The notes beneath the pieces are model-generated. The model searched no databases. It was not told the DNA's origin and saw only the letters and a program-made list of their open reading frames with translations. DNA of 64,000 nucleotides, from the NCBI RefSeq assembly GCF_009914755.1, contig NC_060932.1; one strand, given 5' to 3'. Position 1 is the first letter of the stretch. Every line of letters starts with the position of its first letter. Below are positions 1 to 13,375 of this stretch, in pieces. Source of the DNA: the human T2T-CHM13v2.0 reference genome, Homo sapiens. The position numbers and the translations under genes are program-made.

Positions 1-1414
1 CTGAGTGGATGTGTAGGAATCCAGCCTGGCAAAAATGACTCACGGTGAGAAGGTGTAACTTGCTTTATAAATGTCACTTATCTGTGATGAAATTTGCCTT
101 CTGTAAAGGCCATTGAGAAGAGCACTGGGGAAGGGAAATCATGTAATGGAATGAACCTTCCCCAGGGCAGAAGCCCTGCCTTTTTGGAGAGAGTCTATCT
201 TTCTAGTGAGACATGATTGTGGTGGGGTACACGAAGCCCGCTGTTCATGAGGTGTCAAATGAAGAAAGAGCGCGTGTCCTGAGGCTTGGTTTGCCAGTTG
301 ATAAAGTGGAAGTTTGGCATCCAGACACTGTAGCTCTCATTTCCCGTTGGAGTAAAGACACAGATGCTCTTTTCCATGGTCTCGTGTTTTCCTTGCTTTC
401 AGCAAGGCAGGTTTCTGGCTGACTGGGCCTGTGTCCTCCTCCGTTGGAGGCGGTTGTGAATGTGGCAGGATTTATTCATCCTCAGGGGACTTTTCCAAGT
501 CTGTGTTTATGCGGTGGGTTATGGGAGGCTGAGGGTGAGACTTAGATGGAAAATTGCTTGACGAGACGTGGACACTGCCTGAGGCTCAGCCTCCCCGGCT
601 TCAGTTCTCTGACGTGACGCTTTGTGTGCATTGAACAGGCAATTTCCATGGTCAGAAACAAACTGGGTATGAAATTGAAATTCTGCTGTGTTGATATGGG
701 GTTTTGGAAAGTTTATCTGTTCACCTCAGCCATTTTAAACAAGGAATATGTCCTCTAACTTAAAAAAATCTTTAGCCAAAGAAAGAGATCTATAATGTTT
801 CGAAGCGAACCATTTCGGGATTCAAGAATTTGCTATTAGGAAGTTCCCTTTTCTACCTGTGTCTTTTTTCTTCAGCTGATTTTTTTTTCTTTTACCATTG
901 CTTTAGCTGGAAAATACTTGGTAAATGCCCCTTGTTTTAATGAAACAGAAACTCATTACTGTTGCTGGCTAAAAATGGCTCCTCTGCTATTTTTGACTTT
1001 TTGCCGAGTTTTTCTCACCATTTTAATCTTGGGCAATGTCTTCCTTCACACATTTGAATGGCTATCCATGCGCTTGCCTTACCATCAACCCAACTTGCCC
1101 AGTATTTGTTGAATTGCTCCGTTGAAAAATGGACACTGTATTTTTGGAAAGGCCAGAATAGACCCTCACAGAATATAATAAGAGCGTTTTTACTCTACTG
1201 TTCTACTGTGTTATTCTCTCCTAATTATGTATGCAAGCATTGGCTGTGCTTTCCTGGGCCGGGGCATTTGCAGCCCACATGCTCAGTCATTTGCTCTGTG
1301 CTCTGCAGGACCCTTCAATTCTGTCAAACCTAAAATAAACTCGGTGTTTCATTTACTTAGAGAAAAATCTCCTGGGGAGGTTGTAGTTTCCTTAGGTGGA
1401 TGAGGGAACAAAAT

Positions 1415-1605
1415 ACAGAAGTTGGAACCAGAAGACCTAAGCCTCGACCCCAGTTCAGCCACCCAGTAGCTGTGCGATCTTAGGAAAGTGATATGTTTTT
1501 ATGAGATCAATTTCTGGATTTTTAAGTGGAGGAAACCAATAGTATCTTCCTCCACACATGAACAGAACCCAAAATAAGATATTGAATGTGAAAGCATTTT
1601 AAAAC
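1415..1605 (+). mobile_element. MIR SINE fragment
   Basis: Resembles MIR core (cagaagacct...cccagttcagccacc..tagctgtgcgatcttagg...tcaatttct). Confidence 0.55.
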
Positions 1606-1763
1606 AATCATATATATTATATATTAATAATGCATATAACATATAATAATACAAAAAGCATGTGTGTTTATATATCTCTCACTGGTTCATTTAGTATTGA
1701 CTTGGCCCAATACTCAATTGGGTGAGGGCAGCATCAGTGCCCTGGGGGTAGAACCGTTGGCCA

Positions 1764-2097
1764 GTGTCTAGCCTTTGCTTAGCAGTGTCTCATGTGTGTT
1801 TAGCAGTGTCTCACGTGTGCTTAGCGGTATCTTATGTGTGCTTAGTGGCATCTAGCATGTGCTTAGCGGCATCTCACATGTGCCTAGTGGCATCTCACGT
1901 GTGCTTAGCAGTATCTCATGTGTGCTTAGCGGCATCTCGCATGTGCTTAGCACCATCTCGCATATGTCTAATGGCATCTCATGTGTGACTAGCAGCATCT
2001 CACGTGTGCTTAGCGGCATCTTGCGTGTGCTTAGCGGTGTCTCTCGTGTGCTCAGCAGTATCTTACATGTGCCTAGTGGTGTCTCATGTGTGCTTAA
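1764..2097. repeat. 21-bp minisatellite, about 15-16 diverged copies
   Basis: Unit approximately GTGTGCTTAGCRGCATCTCAY; gives a 7-aa periodic pseudo-ORF. Confidence 0.93.
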
Positions 2098-3746
2098 CGT
2101 TCATTTGTTTTCCCTCGGCTCCCCTCTCAGGGCAGGGTCATCACTCATGCCCACCCCTGTGCTTCCCTCTCCCTGGCTCGAGGGACCCTTTTGAACCCTT
2201 TTCTCCTCTCTCCATGGTTGGAGAATCTGCAAATCCGCAAGGCTTGTGTGATCACATTGCCCAGGCTGATGAAGATGTGAAGAATAAGTCAGATGTCTTG
2301 CCCCAGCCGGGGATCCCCTGCTGACAAAGCTGTGTTCTTCCTTCTCACCTTGTCATCAAAGGAACTGTCTCTCACTCCACTTTCTCGGGGCCTTTTGCTA
2401 CATGCAGGGGCAAAGGCAGCAAGACAGTTCCGAAAGTGTGAACGAGATGCTGCTGTCAGCGGCTCACACCTGCTTGCTGCTTCTGTTCATTGCCTTGTTC
2501 CTTCTGTCCCCTTGGTTTGCTTCCCTCATCAGCACCTCTGAAATAAACCAGGATTCAGTTTTGGAATTTCGGCAAGTGTTACAGAAAGATGAGTTTTCTG
2601 CATCTTCTCTCTGGAATGCTTTTTTCTGTGGGTATCTAGGTGTGGACACGGTGCACGGGTGGAGAGCAGGCCTGTGGGGTGTCCCCCGCCCCAGTTACCC
2701 TCTGCATTTTCCGGAGACACACTGACTCCTTGTGTGAAATTCAGCACCTTACCAGAATGAGCCCAGCTCAGCCTGCGTTGCCTCTGACCTGTAATGCGCT
2801 GTGCAACAGGGCTCAGGAAACGAAACCCAGTCTTGCTTTGTATTATTTCCATGTTCAGTTCCTGGCCTGCTACAGAGTCCTGAGGGAGCAACTGGGTTTT
2901 GAGAATGGCTCAGAGATGTCCCGGGGAGGTTTCAGACCGTTTTAATCATGTGCTAATCTAATTGAAGGTTCATAATATTTTTTATCACAATTTCAAGAAC
3001 TGTGGGTCTGGAAAAACCTCCACCTCCACTCCTTATGAAAATCTCCTATAAATTCAAACAGAAATCCCCACACCTCATAGTATATTTAAAAAAGATGTAT
3101 GTCAGAAGAGAGGCATATGGAGCATCTCTGACTGCAAATATTCTAGCATAAGTTATTTGCAAAAGGCTTATCAACATCACTCCAGAATTCAAACATGCAG
3201 ACATAGAATACAGTGCCTGTGATTATGGTACTGAGCTTTTGAGGGAGGAGCAGGCAAGGTGTTTTAGAAGTAGATGTGTCATTTAAGTGCTCTGAGGGCA
3301 CACGGTATAAAGAAAGAACCCAGAGGGGATCCTTAGAGGTGGGGCCGCCTCCATCCGCGGTGCTTCTGTATTTCAGAAGACAGACTGTGAATATGTTCTC
3401 TGCACAGATTCCCAACACAGTCAGAGCCCCATTTCGGGTGCAATGCCTGGTTTCTTCTGGTAAATCCTTCCCCCTCTTCCAACAGAATCTCTGGAAGACT
3501 TTCGGGTGAGATTCCTTTCCTATGAACAGGCTTATATCTGTATTGGAAGCAAAACTAACTGGCTGATCTTTATTGGTGCCTTATCCTCTGGTTCCAAGGA
3601 AGCATCTTTGGGGTTTGTTTGACTTCCCCAAATAGAAACAAAACAAGTTCAACACCCACGTGGCAGAGTCCTCCAGTGCCCCGAGGTGGGCTGCAGCGAG
3701 GCTGATGGGGGTCCTTCAGCACTCACCGAATTTATTATTCCTCCAG

Positions 3747-3874
3747 GTGACGCCCAGGTTCCAGGGCCTCCCACCGGTGTGCACGCTTCCGAGATCAGCA
3801 GAAACTATGTCGTCCTCAGCTGGGAGCCACCCACTCCCCGTGGCAAGGACCCGCTCATGTACTTCATTGAGAAG
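3747..3874 (+). CDS. MYOM2: Coding exon A, first half of FN3 My5 (GDAQVPGPP...MYFIEK)
   Basis: ctccag|GT acceptor, GAAG|gtaaac donor; 128 nt, phase 1-0. Confidence 0.96.
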
Positions 3875-3905
3875 GTAAACTCCGGGCCCGTGTCCTGGAA
3901 AAGTA

Positions 3906-5236
3906 GATCTCTGCATGGCCCCCCACTGTCATGATCTCTGTGTGGCCCACCGCTGTCGTGATCTCCGCGTGGCCCCTCACTGTCGTGATCTCCGCGTGGC
4001 CCCACTGTCGTGATCTCTGCGTGGCTTCCCACTGTTGTGATCTCTGTGTGGCCCCTCACTGTCGTGATCTCCGCGTGGCCCCCCACAGTCGTGATCTCTG
4101 CGTGGCCTCCCACTGTTGTGATCTTTGCGTGGCCCCCCACAGTCGTGATCTCTGCGTGGCCTCCCACTGTTGTGATCTTTGCGTGGCCCCACTGTCATGA
4201 TCTCTGGCACCCCACTGTCGTGATCTCCGCGTGGCCCCCCACTGTCGTGATCTCTGCGTGGCTTCCCACTGTTGTGATCTCTGCGTGGCCCCCTACTGTC
4301 ATGATCTCCACGTGGCCACACACTGTCATGATCTCTGTGTGGCCCCCCACTGTCGTGATCTCTGTGTGGCCCACCGCTGTCGTGATCTCCGCGTGGCCCC
4401 ACACTGTCGTGATCTCCGCGTGGCCCCTCACTGTCGTGATCTCCGCGTGGCCCCTCACTGTCGTGATCTCCGCGTGGCCCCTCACTGTCGTGATCTCCGC
4501 GTGGCCCCTCACTGTCATGATCTCCGCGTGGCCCCTCACTGTCGTGATCTCCGCGTGGCCCCTCACTGTCGTGATCTCTGTGTGGCCCACCGCTGTCGTG
4601 ATCTCCGCGTGGCCCCTCACTGTCGTGATCTCCGCGTGGCCCCACTGTCGTGATCTCCGCGTGGCCCCTCACTGTCGTGATCTCCGCGTGGCCCCACTGT
4701 CGTGATCTCTGCGTGGCTTCCCACTGTCGTGATCTCCGCGTGGCCCCCCACTGTCATGATCTCTGTGTGGCCCACCGCTGTCGTGATCTCCGCGTGGCCC
4801 CTCACTGTCGTGATCTCCGCGTGGCCCCACTGTCGTGATCTCCGCGTGGCCCCTCACTGTCGTGATCTCCGCGTGGCCCCCCACAGTCGTGATCTCCGCG
4901 TGGCCCCCCACAGTCGTGATCTCTGCGTGGCCTCCCACTGTTGTGATCTTTGCGTGGCCCCCCACAGTCGTGATCTCTGCGTGGCCTCCCACTGTTGTGA
5001 TCTTTGCGTGGCCCCACTGTCATGATCTCTGGCACCCCACTGTCGTGATCTCCGCGTGGCCCCCCACTGTCGTGATCTCTGCGTGGCTTCCCACTGTTGT
5101 GATCTCTGCGTGGCCCCCTACTGTCATGATCTCCACGTGGCCACACACTGTCATGATCTCTGTGTGGCCCCCCACTGTCGTGATCTCTGTGTGGCCCCCC
5201 ACTGTCGTGATCTCTGCGTGGCCCCACACTGTCGTG
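3906..5236. repeat. 27-bp (with 25-bp variants) CpG-rich VNTR, about 50 copies
   Basis: Unit GATCTCCGCGTGGCCCCYCACTGTCGT; starts about 30 nt after the exon A donor. Confidence 0.98.
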
Positions 5237-6311
5237 TTTGCTGTGTTTTAAAGATGACCTACTAGTTCATCAGTGGGTCCAGACCCTGCACCGTTGCTGG
5301 GGAAAATGAGGTTAGGGCTGTGGTCACACGGCAGCAGGGGCGGAAATTGGCACCAGGGGGCTGGGTTGCGTCCTAGCTGGGCGTTGCCCCTCGGTGTGAG
5401 CAGGGAGTCGCTTCCCTCTCTGGGCGCCCGCGTTCTTCACTGCCGTGTGGAGGACTGAGCTTGAGGGTTCTAGCGTCTCCTTCCTGCTGCAACATTCCAG
5501 GCGCCTACATGCTGGGGATTCCAGATTCCTCGATGGCCATGCTTGTGCACAAGCCGTATGGCCACTGGGTGGCAATCGTGTAGAGGAAATGCACACAAGA
5601 CGCAGAAGGGTTAGACTCGCCAGATATCCAATAGAAAGCTTTTTTTTTTTCCTGAATGCATACAAAGAAATACAAAAGACGTTGTATATTGCAGTTCTGC
5701 CATCACGTATATGTATGTAACCTACAGAATTTCACAAATGATAATCTCACCCAGCACACATTCTCTTTTTACCCTGTCCGGTGACATTAAAGGCACAGGT
5801 TGTGACCCACTAATCTGACTTGGTGACGACCCCCTGTTGGGTTGTAGGCCATAGTTGGATAAGACTCCAATGTCCTACAAAGGCTGTAACTAGGGTTTTG
5901 CGATACAAAATTTATATGTAATATGTAATACAATATGTAGTATGCAAGTGACAGAGAATATAACATATAGAAGCTTATGCCACCTAATACAATAATCGCA
6001 TCTAGCACCACTCAATGCAGCATGGCGGAAACAGGAATGGAAACGAACCATATTTCAGACTCCAGCATGGAGGAGGACCCTCTGGCCTTCTCTGGTTATT
6101 TGCAATGTATGCTATCTGGGGGGTAGAAACTAGAAATATTTCAGGGTAAAGCATTACATCATTAATTCTGGGTGACAAAATATAGTTATTTGTGTTACGA
6201 AAATACAAGTGGTCAGTCCCTCTGTGGGGTCTCCTAGGGTGGAAGGTATTTTCTCAGGCCCCTCATTCCCCTCATCTTCCACCAATACCAGAAACACCAA
6301 GTTTGCAAACA

Positions 6312-6600
6312 CTTTTTTGTTTTTATTTTTGAGACCAGGTCTCATTTTGTCACTCAGGCTAGAGTGCAGTGGCACAGTCATGGCTCACTGCAGTCTCCAC
6401 CTCCTGGGCTCCAGCAGTCCTTCTGCCCCAGGCCCCTAACACCCAGAGTAGCTGGGACCACAGGTGTGTGCCACCACGCACAGCTGATTTTTAAATTTTT
6501 TTTATAGAGACGAGGTCTCGCCATGTTGCCCAGGCTGGTCTCAAATTCCTGGCACAAGCAATCTTCCTGCCTCAGCCTCCCAAAGTGCTGGGATTACAGA
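6312..6600 (-). mobile_element. Alu (AluJ-like)
   Basis: T-rich tail, then gagaccaggtctc...cccaaagtgctgggattaca. Confidence 0.9.
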
Positions 6601-6736
6601 CACTTTAGTGTGTTTACAGGCCAGGCAAGCCACAACACCTGTCCTGCAAACACATTTTTAGAGAGAGGACTCCACCGTGGAGCCAGTGTGTGGGCAGAAC
6701 TACCTGCTGTCAGTATTGATGACATGGCAGGCACAC

Positions 6737-6960
6737 TTTTTTTTTTGTAATTTTTATTATTTTATTTTTCCATTAGTTATTGGGTACAGGGGGTATTTGG
6801 TTACATGAGTAAGCTCTTCAGCGGTGATTTGAGAGATTTTGGTGCATCCATCACCCAAGCAGTATACGCTGCACCATATTTGTTGTCTTTTATCCCTCGC
6901 CTCCCTCCCACTCTTTCCCCCAAGTCCCCAGAGTCTATTGTGTCATTCTTATGCCTTTGC
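6737..6960 (-). mobile_element. L1 3' end fragment (L1PB-like)
   Basis: T-tail followed by gtatttggttacatgagtaag...ggtgcatccatcacccaagcagta. Confidence 0.75.
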
Positions 6961-6989
6961 AGCAAACACACATTTTTAAGAAAATATAA

Positions 6990-7620
6990 TTTCAACTTTT
7001 ATTTTAGCTTCAGGGGGTACCTGTGCAAGTTCTGACAGGGGTATGTTGTGTGATACTGATTTCGAGGTGCAGTTGATCTCGTCACCCAGGTAGTGAGCAC
7101 AGCACCCCATAGGTGGTTTTTCAGCCCTTGCTCTGTCTGGTAGGCCTCAGTGTCTATCGTTGCCATCTTCGTGTGCGTGTGTACCCAGTGTTTAGCTCCC
7201 ACTTATAAGTGAGAACATGCAGTATTTGGTTTTCTGTTCCTGTGTCAATTCACTTAGGATAACAGCCTCCAGCTGCACCCATGTGGCTGCACAGGACATG
7301 ATTTCTTTCCTCTTTATGGCTGTGTAGTATTCCATGGTGTGGGGGCACCACATTTTCTCTCTGCGGTCCACCATTGCAGGGTTGAGTCCATGTCTTTACT
7401 TTTGAGAACAGTGCTGTGATGGTAATACAAGTGCATGCATCTTCTGGTAGAATGGTTTATTTTCCTTTGGGCATATACCCAGTAATGGGATTGCTGGATG
7501 GAATGGTAGTTCTGCTTTAAGTTCTTTGAGAAGTCTCTAAACTGCTTTCCACAGTGACTGAGCTAATGACATTCCCCCAGCAGTGGATAAGCCTTCCCTT
7601 TGTGGACCCATATTCTGATG
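6990..7620 (-). mobile_element. L1 3' end (older L1PA-like)
   Basis: ttagctcccacttataagtgagaacatgcagtatttggttttctg...cccagtaatgggattgctgg; minus ORF 7192-7374 resembles L1 ORF2 C-terminus. Confidence 0.88.
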
Positions 7621-8709
7621 TAGGAGAGGAAGCTCTCCTATAGACACCTGGACTGCGCTCGCTTGGGGTCGCAAGGGCCTGAGGCCCATGACGCCCTGGG
7701 GGCTCCCACCACAAACGCCCGGGGCAGATACAAAATAGCGGCTTTTCACTTTCACCAAAATGAGAGAAAACTCCTTCAAATATGAGTCTGATTTCTAGAA
7801 GTCTGGGTTGCTATCTGAATTTTCAGCAGGCTTACCAGGGTCAGTGTATATCCAACTTTTACTACCACAAAACTACTTTCGAAAAAGGCGTTTTATCTCT
7901 ATGTGAAAAAATAAGATAAAACATGTAATCAAGGTTTTTAAAGTAATTACAAAAGATAAAAATTAAACAAGCAGTATATAAAATTTGGGAAAGACAGAGA
8001 AGTTACATGGAATGCAATTAAAATGAGCAATAATTCCACCATATAAAATAGCCACATTAACGTGTGGTACATATATTTATAGTCTTTTTCTCCATAGATT
8101 TTAATGCTCTTGTTGTATCTTACAATTTGCATTCTGTATTAGATTTCACAAAATAACATAATTCCTCTTATTAGACTAAAGATCTTTATACAATAATTTA
8201 AATGGCCATGAGGTTTTTAATCTATGAACATATCATCATGTGTCTGACCGTATTGACAGCCATTTAGATTGCTGTCATTTAATCACTACTGCAAGTAGCT
8301 GCAATATGGTAATAACTTTAAATTGAAATGCGAACCACTGAGTTATGACAGAATTTTATGAATATACTTCTAAATTATCTTTCATTATTTGCAGGTTAGT
8401 TCTATTTTGCTAAAACTACTACCTATGTATTGATTCCCTTATGTTTTCTATGGTTTAATTATTTACTTTAATGGAAAAAAATTTATTAGTAAACATGATC
8501 AACTTTGGGTATTTGTGACTTCCTTCTCCAAATTGGCATCATGTTTCATAAAACTCAAAAAAGATGCATGACCATCCTTTGTGTGCGAGACGCAGCGGGC
8601 GCGCCTGGTGGTCCTGGGATAGCGAGAACAGAGCATTTCTTCCTCCTCCACACGCCTCTGGGGACCTCGCGGTTTTCACTGCCAGTCTCGTTTCTGTTTC
8701 TCTTTGTAG

Positions 8710-8893
8710 TCCGTGGTGGGGAGCGGCAGCTGGCAGAGAGTCAACGCCCAGACAGCTGTGAGATCCCCGAGATATGCCGTGTTTGACCTCATGGAAGGGA
8801 AGTCTTATGTGTTCCGAGTGCTGTCAGCAAACCGGCATGGCCTGAGCGAACCTTCGGAGATAACGTCCCCCATTCAGGCCCAGGATGTGACCG
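8710..8893 (+). CDS. MYOM2: Exon B, second half of FN3 My5 (SVVGSGSWQRV...AQDVT)
   Basis: tttgtag|TCC, CCG|gtgagc; 184 nt, phase 0-1; FN3 motif L.EGKSYVFRV. Confidence 0.96.
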
Positions 8894-9152
8894 GTGAGCT
8901 GTCACACTGGGTGGCCCCAAGTCAGGATGGACTAAGAGTGGGGTGACACCAAATAGCCTTAAATTGTGTGAATAAAGACATTAATGTTATAAACGAGTTG
9001 AAGTTCAAGTGGACTTAAAACTTCACTTTACGAGAGATTAAGAGCTCTCTGCCATGTTTTGTTTGGTTCTTGACATTTCTCCAAAGCTCCATCTTCTTTT
9101 CATGAAACCAGTAAGTGAGTTGAAAAATATGTTTAGGAAACGGTCACTTTTA

Positions 9153-9833
9153 TTGTTTTATTTAAACTTTTAAAAAAACTTTTATTTTAGGTTCAGGGGT
9201 CCATGTGTAGGCTTCTTACATAGGTAAACTTGTGTCATGGGGGTTTGTTGTAAAGATTATTTCGTCACCCAGGTACCAAGCCTAGTAGCCATTAGTGACT
9301 TTGCCTGCTCCTCTCCCTCCTCCCACCCTAGACCCTCTGATAGTCCCCCGTGTGTATTTCCATCTATGTGTCCATGTGTTCTCATCATTTAGCTCCCACT
9401 TATGAGTGAGAACATTTGGTATTTGGTTTTCTGTTCCTGCATTAGTTTGCTAAGGATAATGGCCTCCAGCTTCACTCATATTCCTGCAAAGGACGTGGTC
9501 TTGTTCTTTTTTATGGCTGCATAGTATTCCATGGTATATATGTACTGCATTTTCTCTATCCAATGTCATTGACAGGCATTTGGGTTGATTCCATGTCTTG
9601 GCTATTGTGTGAATAGTGCTGCAATGAACATTCGCATCCATATGTCTTTATGGTAGAATGATTTATATTCCTCTGGGTATATATGCAGTACTGGGATTGC
9701 TAGGTTGAATGATAGTTCTTTTTTTTTTTTTTTTTTTTTGGCTCTTTGAGGAATCATGACACTACTTTCCACAATAGTTGAACTAATTTACATTCCCACC
9801 AACAGTGTTTAAGTGTTCCCTTTTCTCTGCAAT
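9153..9833 (-). mobile_element. 5'-truncated L1PA with target-site duplication
   Basis: L1 3'UTR/ORF2 end; flanked by ggtcactttta at 9142 and 9834. Confidence 0.88.
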
Positions 9834-9869
9834 GGTCACTTTTAAAGTAATTCAAATTTTAAGTGCACT

Positions 9870-10164
<295 letters not shown>

Positions 10165-11049
10165 TAACTAGCATGTAAGCGGAGGCACTCTGGAAATCCC
10201 CAGAAGCCTTCACGGGAGGCACATTGGTGTCAGGAACGCGGTTCTGAGTGCCTGGGTGCCCTCCACCCTCTCTCTGTCGTGTTTCCTGAGAAAGCCAGAT
10301 ACGGAAATGAACGAGGTCACGAGGCCGGCTGCCTCCAGGGCATCCTCAAGTTTCTATCTGGCTCTGGTTTTAACTGAAGCTCTTAGAACTCATACCCAGA
10401 ACCACAGGCTTGACAAGACCAGCTGTCTTTGAGCAAGGCCCTGCCTTCTTGTGCTTTATGACACATATGAGAAATGACAGTGTCCATCACTGAGACACAC
10501 TGTGGGGTGTGTGGCCCAGGTGGCCGGCACAGAGGACACAGGTGGCCCCAAGGCCTTACCTGACCTCAGTCCGCAGTCCACTAGTGGGGCCTGGCACCAC
10601 ATGACAGGATCTGATGGTTAGGTCATGATCGAATTTTGAGTGCCCCTGGGAGATTTCAACAGATCTGATAAAATTGAGTCTTACTTTCTTAAAATTGGTT
10701 AATTTCCAGTCCAAAAAATAGTTGTTACCCGGGTAGCCTCATCCCTGCTGCCAACAGAGAGTCTTTTAAACAGCTCTGATGGGTAGACAGGAGGATTCAG
10801 GATGGATGTCATCCTGTGTCTCTAGGAGTTGTGTGGAGCTTGGGAAGAGATCAGAGAGACCAGCACCTCCCAATGGCCCTCGGGTGGTCGGCCCGGGGCT
10901 CCTCTCCTACTCCTGGACCCCTTGTCTGAATTTCTTCCAAAGCCCCCAGTCTGGCTGTCCAGTTCCCTGTGAAAAGGGCCGGAAGATCTCTGCTGTAGCT
11001 TCCAAAGCTCTGATGCCATTTCACCACTCCTTTTGTCTCCTACGAAAAG

Positions 11050-11224
11050 TTGTCCCTTCTGCTCCGGGTCGGGTTCTTGCTTCCCGAAACACCAAGACGT
11101 CGGTGGTGGTGCAGTGGGACCGACCTAAGCATGAGGAGGACCTGCTGGGCTACTACGTGGACTGCTGTGTGGCCGGAACCAACCTCTGGGAGCCCTGCAA
11201 CCACAAGCCCATCGGATACAACAG
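11050..11224 (+). CDS. MYOM2: Exon C, first half of FN3 My6 (VVPSAPGRV...PIGYNR)
   Basis: cgaaaag|TT, CAG|gtgcgg; 175 nt, phase 1-2. Confidence 0.95.
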
Positions 11225-12069
11225 GTGCGGCCTCCCTCCCCAGCCCTGGAGTCAGCCTTGCAGGAGTAGCAAGACCGTTGAGGTCCCTGTGGCCCTGGCA
11301 CAGGGAGTACCATGGCCGCAAGACTTCTGCGTAAATGAGTCTGTCTTAGCCACACACAAGGGCTGTATAATTTTAAAGTTTGACCACTTGGATGAGCTAG
11401 TTACTGCACTTGCTCATGTCGACCGAAACGATTTATTTATGGATGAAAGGAGAGTTCCAGAACCTGTTTTTTTTTCCCCTGACATAATTAGCACTTAGGC
11501 CTTTTCTTTGAATAGCAGAGTTAAAAATAGTGACTACGATGTGAAAGTCGTTTTATTTTTTTCGTATTGATTTTTTTGAACTTGAAAGTTGCTTTGTTCA
11601 TGTGCCTGGTAGTTCTATTCCCCAGCACCTGATGGAGACCCCACCGGGCGCCGACTCTTCGCTTGTGGTGGGGGCAGCCTCGGGGGATGCTGGTTGCTTT
11701 GCAGGGGAAAGCCAGTGACCCTGCCTTTGGAGAGACTTGCTCCTGCTGCCTGCTGAGTGTGCAGGGATGTCTGAGGTTATTAGGCTTCTCTGCGATACAC
11801 GTCTTAGGAAAATGTCAGCAGCTGTCAGAACCACCCTTGTGGATAGATGATCAATTATGGCTCAGCCATTTCTCCTTTTAAAATCTGAAAAAAATACACT
11901 GTAAAAAGTGGTGGCTAACAAGAAGAGATGTCATTGAAAAGAATAACAATTAGATGTTCTTCACAGCCCACAGCAAATGCAGAAAGATCGATCAGAATAA
12001 GAAACTTAAAACATGATTCCAGTACAGGGAAATGGTTAGTGAATATTTATTGACTATATATGATAAATA

Positions 12070-12325
12070 ATAATTGCTTACACGGACTGAATATCTATCA
12101 TACACAAAGCATCTGTGCTAAGTTGTCCACCTAGAGTTTTCCATGTAGTGCCTGCAATAGTGCTGTGGGGTGGGAATTATCATCCCCATCTTACAAATAG
12201 AAAAACAAAGTCTTACAGGGGTTAAGGAGGTTGATTAAGACCATAAAATCTGTGAGGTTTCAAAGCCCCAGTATTCGAGCCTAGTCCATCTGACTTCCAA
12301 GTCTTGGCCTGTAACCACTGCAGTG
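12070..12325 (-). mobile_element. MIR fragment
   Basis: attatcatccccatcttacaaatagaaaaac...ggggttaag...tctgacttccaa. Confidence 0.6.
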
Positions 12326-12673
12326 TAATTACTGCTAATTAAGTTTTACATACACGGGTTCTTTTAGATAAGAAATGGCATACTGTTGGATAATAGACCT
12401 CTGATCCAGAGGAGGCCCAGAAAGTACAAAAGCAAAGGTGAACTCACAGAACAAGTGGCTTTGGCACCACGTGTAGTCAGCTCCTGCTATAATTAGGTGC
12501 TGTGACCTTACTGTCGGACTCTACATGTTGAGCTAATTAACTAGAATTGAAAATGAAGGATGTATGTTATCCATAAAAATTTTTTATGGCGCGTTCAGGG
12601 TGATTTTTGCTTCTGCTGCAGGAGAGAAAAAGTGGAGCCTGGCAGTTCTGACCCTGATCCCTGTGTTTCTCAG

Positions 12674-12795
12674 GTTCGTGGTGCACGGCTTAACCACGGG
12701 AGAGCAGTACATCTTCCGAGTCAAGGCGGTCAATGCTGTGGGGATGAGTGAAAATTCCCAGGAATCAGACGTCATAAAAGTGCAGGCCGCACTCA
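12674..12795 (+). CDS. MYOM2: Exon D, second half of FN3 My6 (FVVHGLTTGEQY...VQAAL)
   Basis: ttctcag|G, TCA|gtaagt; 122 nt, phase 2-1. Confidence 0.96.
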
Positions 12796-13089
12796 GTAAG
12801 TCACTCACAGGCTGTTGTGTGCCGATTGCTCCCATACACTGTCATTTCTGCATGAATAAACATTTGTGATGCCATTTGGAATGTCATTGAAGGGGAAAAG
12901 GGGACTAAATTCCTGAACAGAGAACTTGAGTTTCTTTGAAGCCTCTTGGTTGGCTGCTTGTCTTGGAAATGACAGTGTGAGAGGGAGAAATGATAATACA
13001 CTAATAAAACGCAAATTAAAAATAGAAAACATTGTTAGAGGTTACATGTGTTGCCAAATACCTGTACTCATGTTAAAATATATGCTGTA

Positions 13090-13375
13090 GGCTGGCGCAA
13101 TGGCTCATGCCTGTAATCGCAGCACTTTTGGAGGCCAAGGTGGCTGGATCATGAGGTCAAGAGATTGAGACCATCCTGGCCAACAAGGTGAAACCCCGTC
13201 TCTACTGAAAATACAAAAATCAGCCTGGCATGGTGGCGGGCGCCTGTAGTCCCAGCTACTCGATAGGCTGAGGCAGGAGAGTCACCTAATCTGGGAGGCG
13301 GAGTTTGCAGTGAGCCAAGATCGTGCCACTGTACTCCAGCCTGGGGGGACAGAGCAAGACTCCGTCTCAAAAATA
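13090..13375 (+). mobile_element. Alu (AluS-like)
   Basis: Full dimer; atatatgctgtag repeated on both flanks (TSD). Confidence 0.93.

Noticed and set aside
3906-5236. CRISPR-like array
   Set aside because: Head-to-tail units with no unique spacers, no cas genes, eukaryotic intron; the same applies to the other arrays
3805-5265. Many long ORFs on both strands, including repeated RGD motifs
   Set aside because: Direct translations of the 27-bp VNTR, with no independent coding evidence
10779-11498. 239-aa ORF as an extended exon
   Set aside because: FN3 similarity is confined to 11050-11224, which has proper splice sites and phases
11521-13025. MEF2-like TTAAAAATAG at 11521 and 13016
   Set aside because: Isolated AT-rich 10-mers expected by chance; no clustering or conservation evidence available
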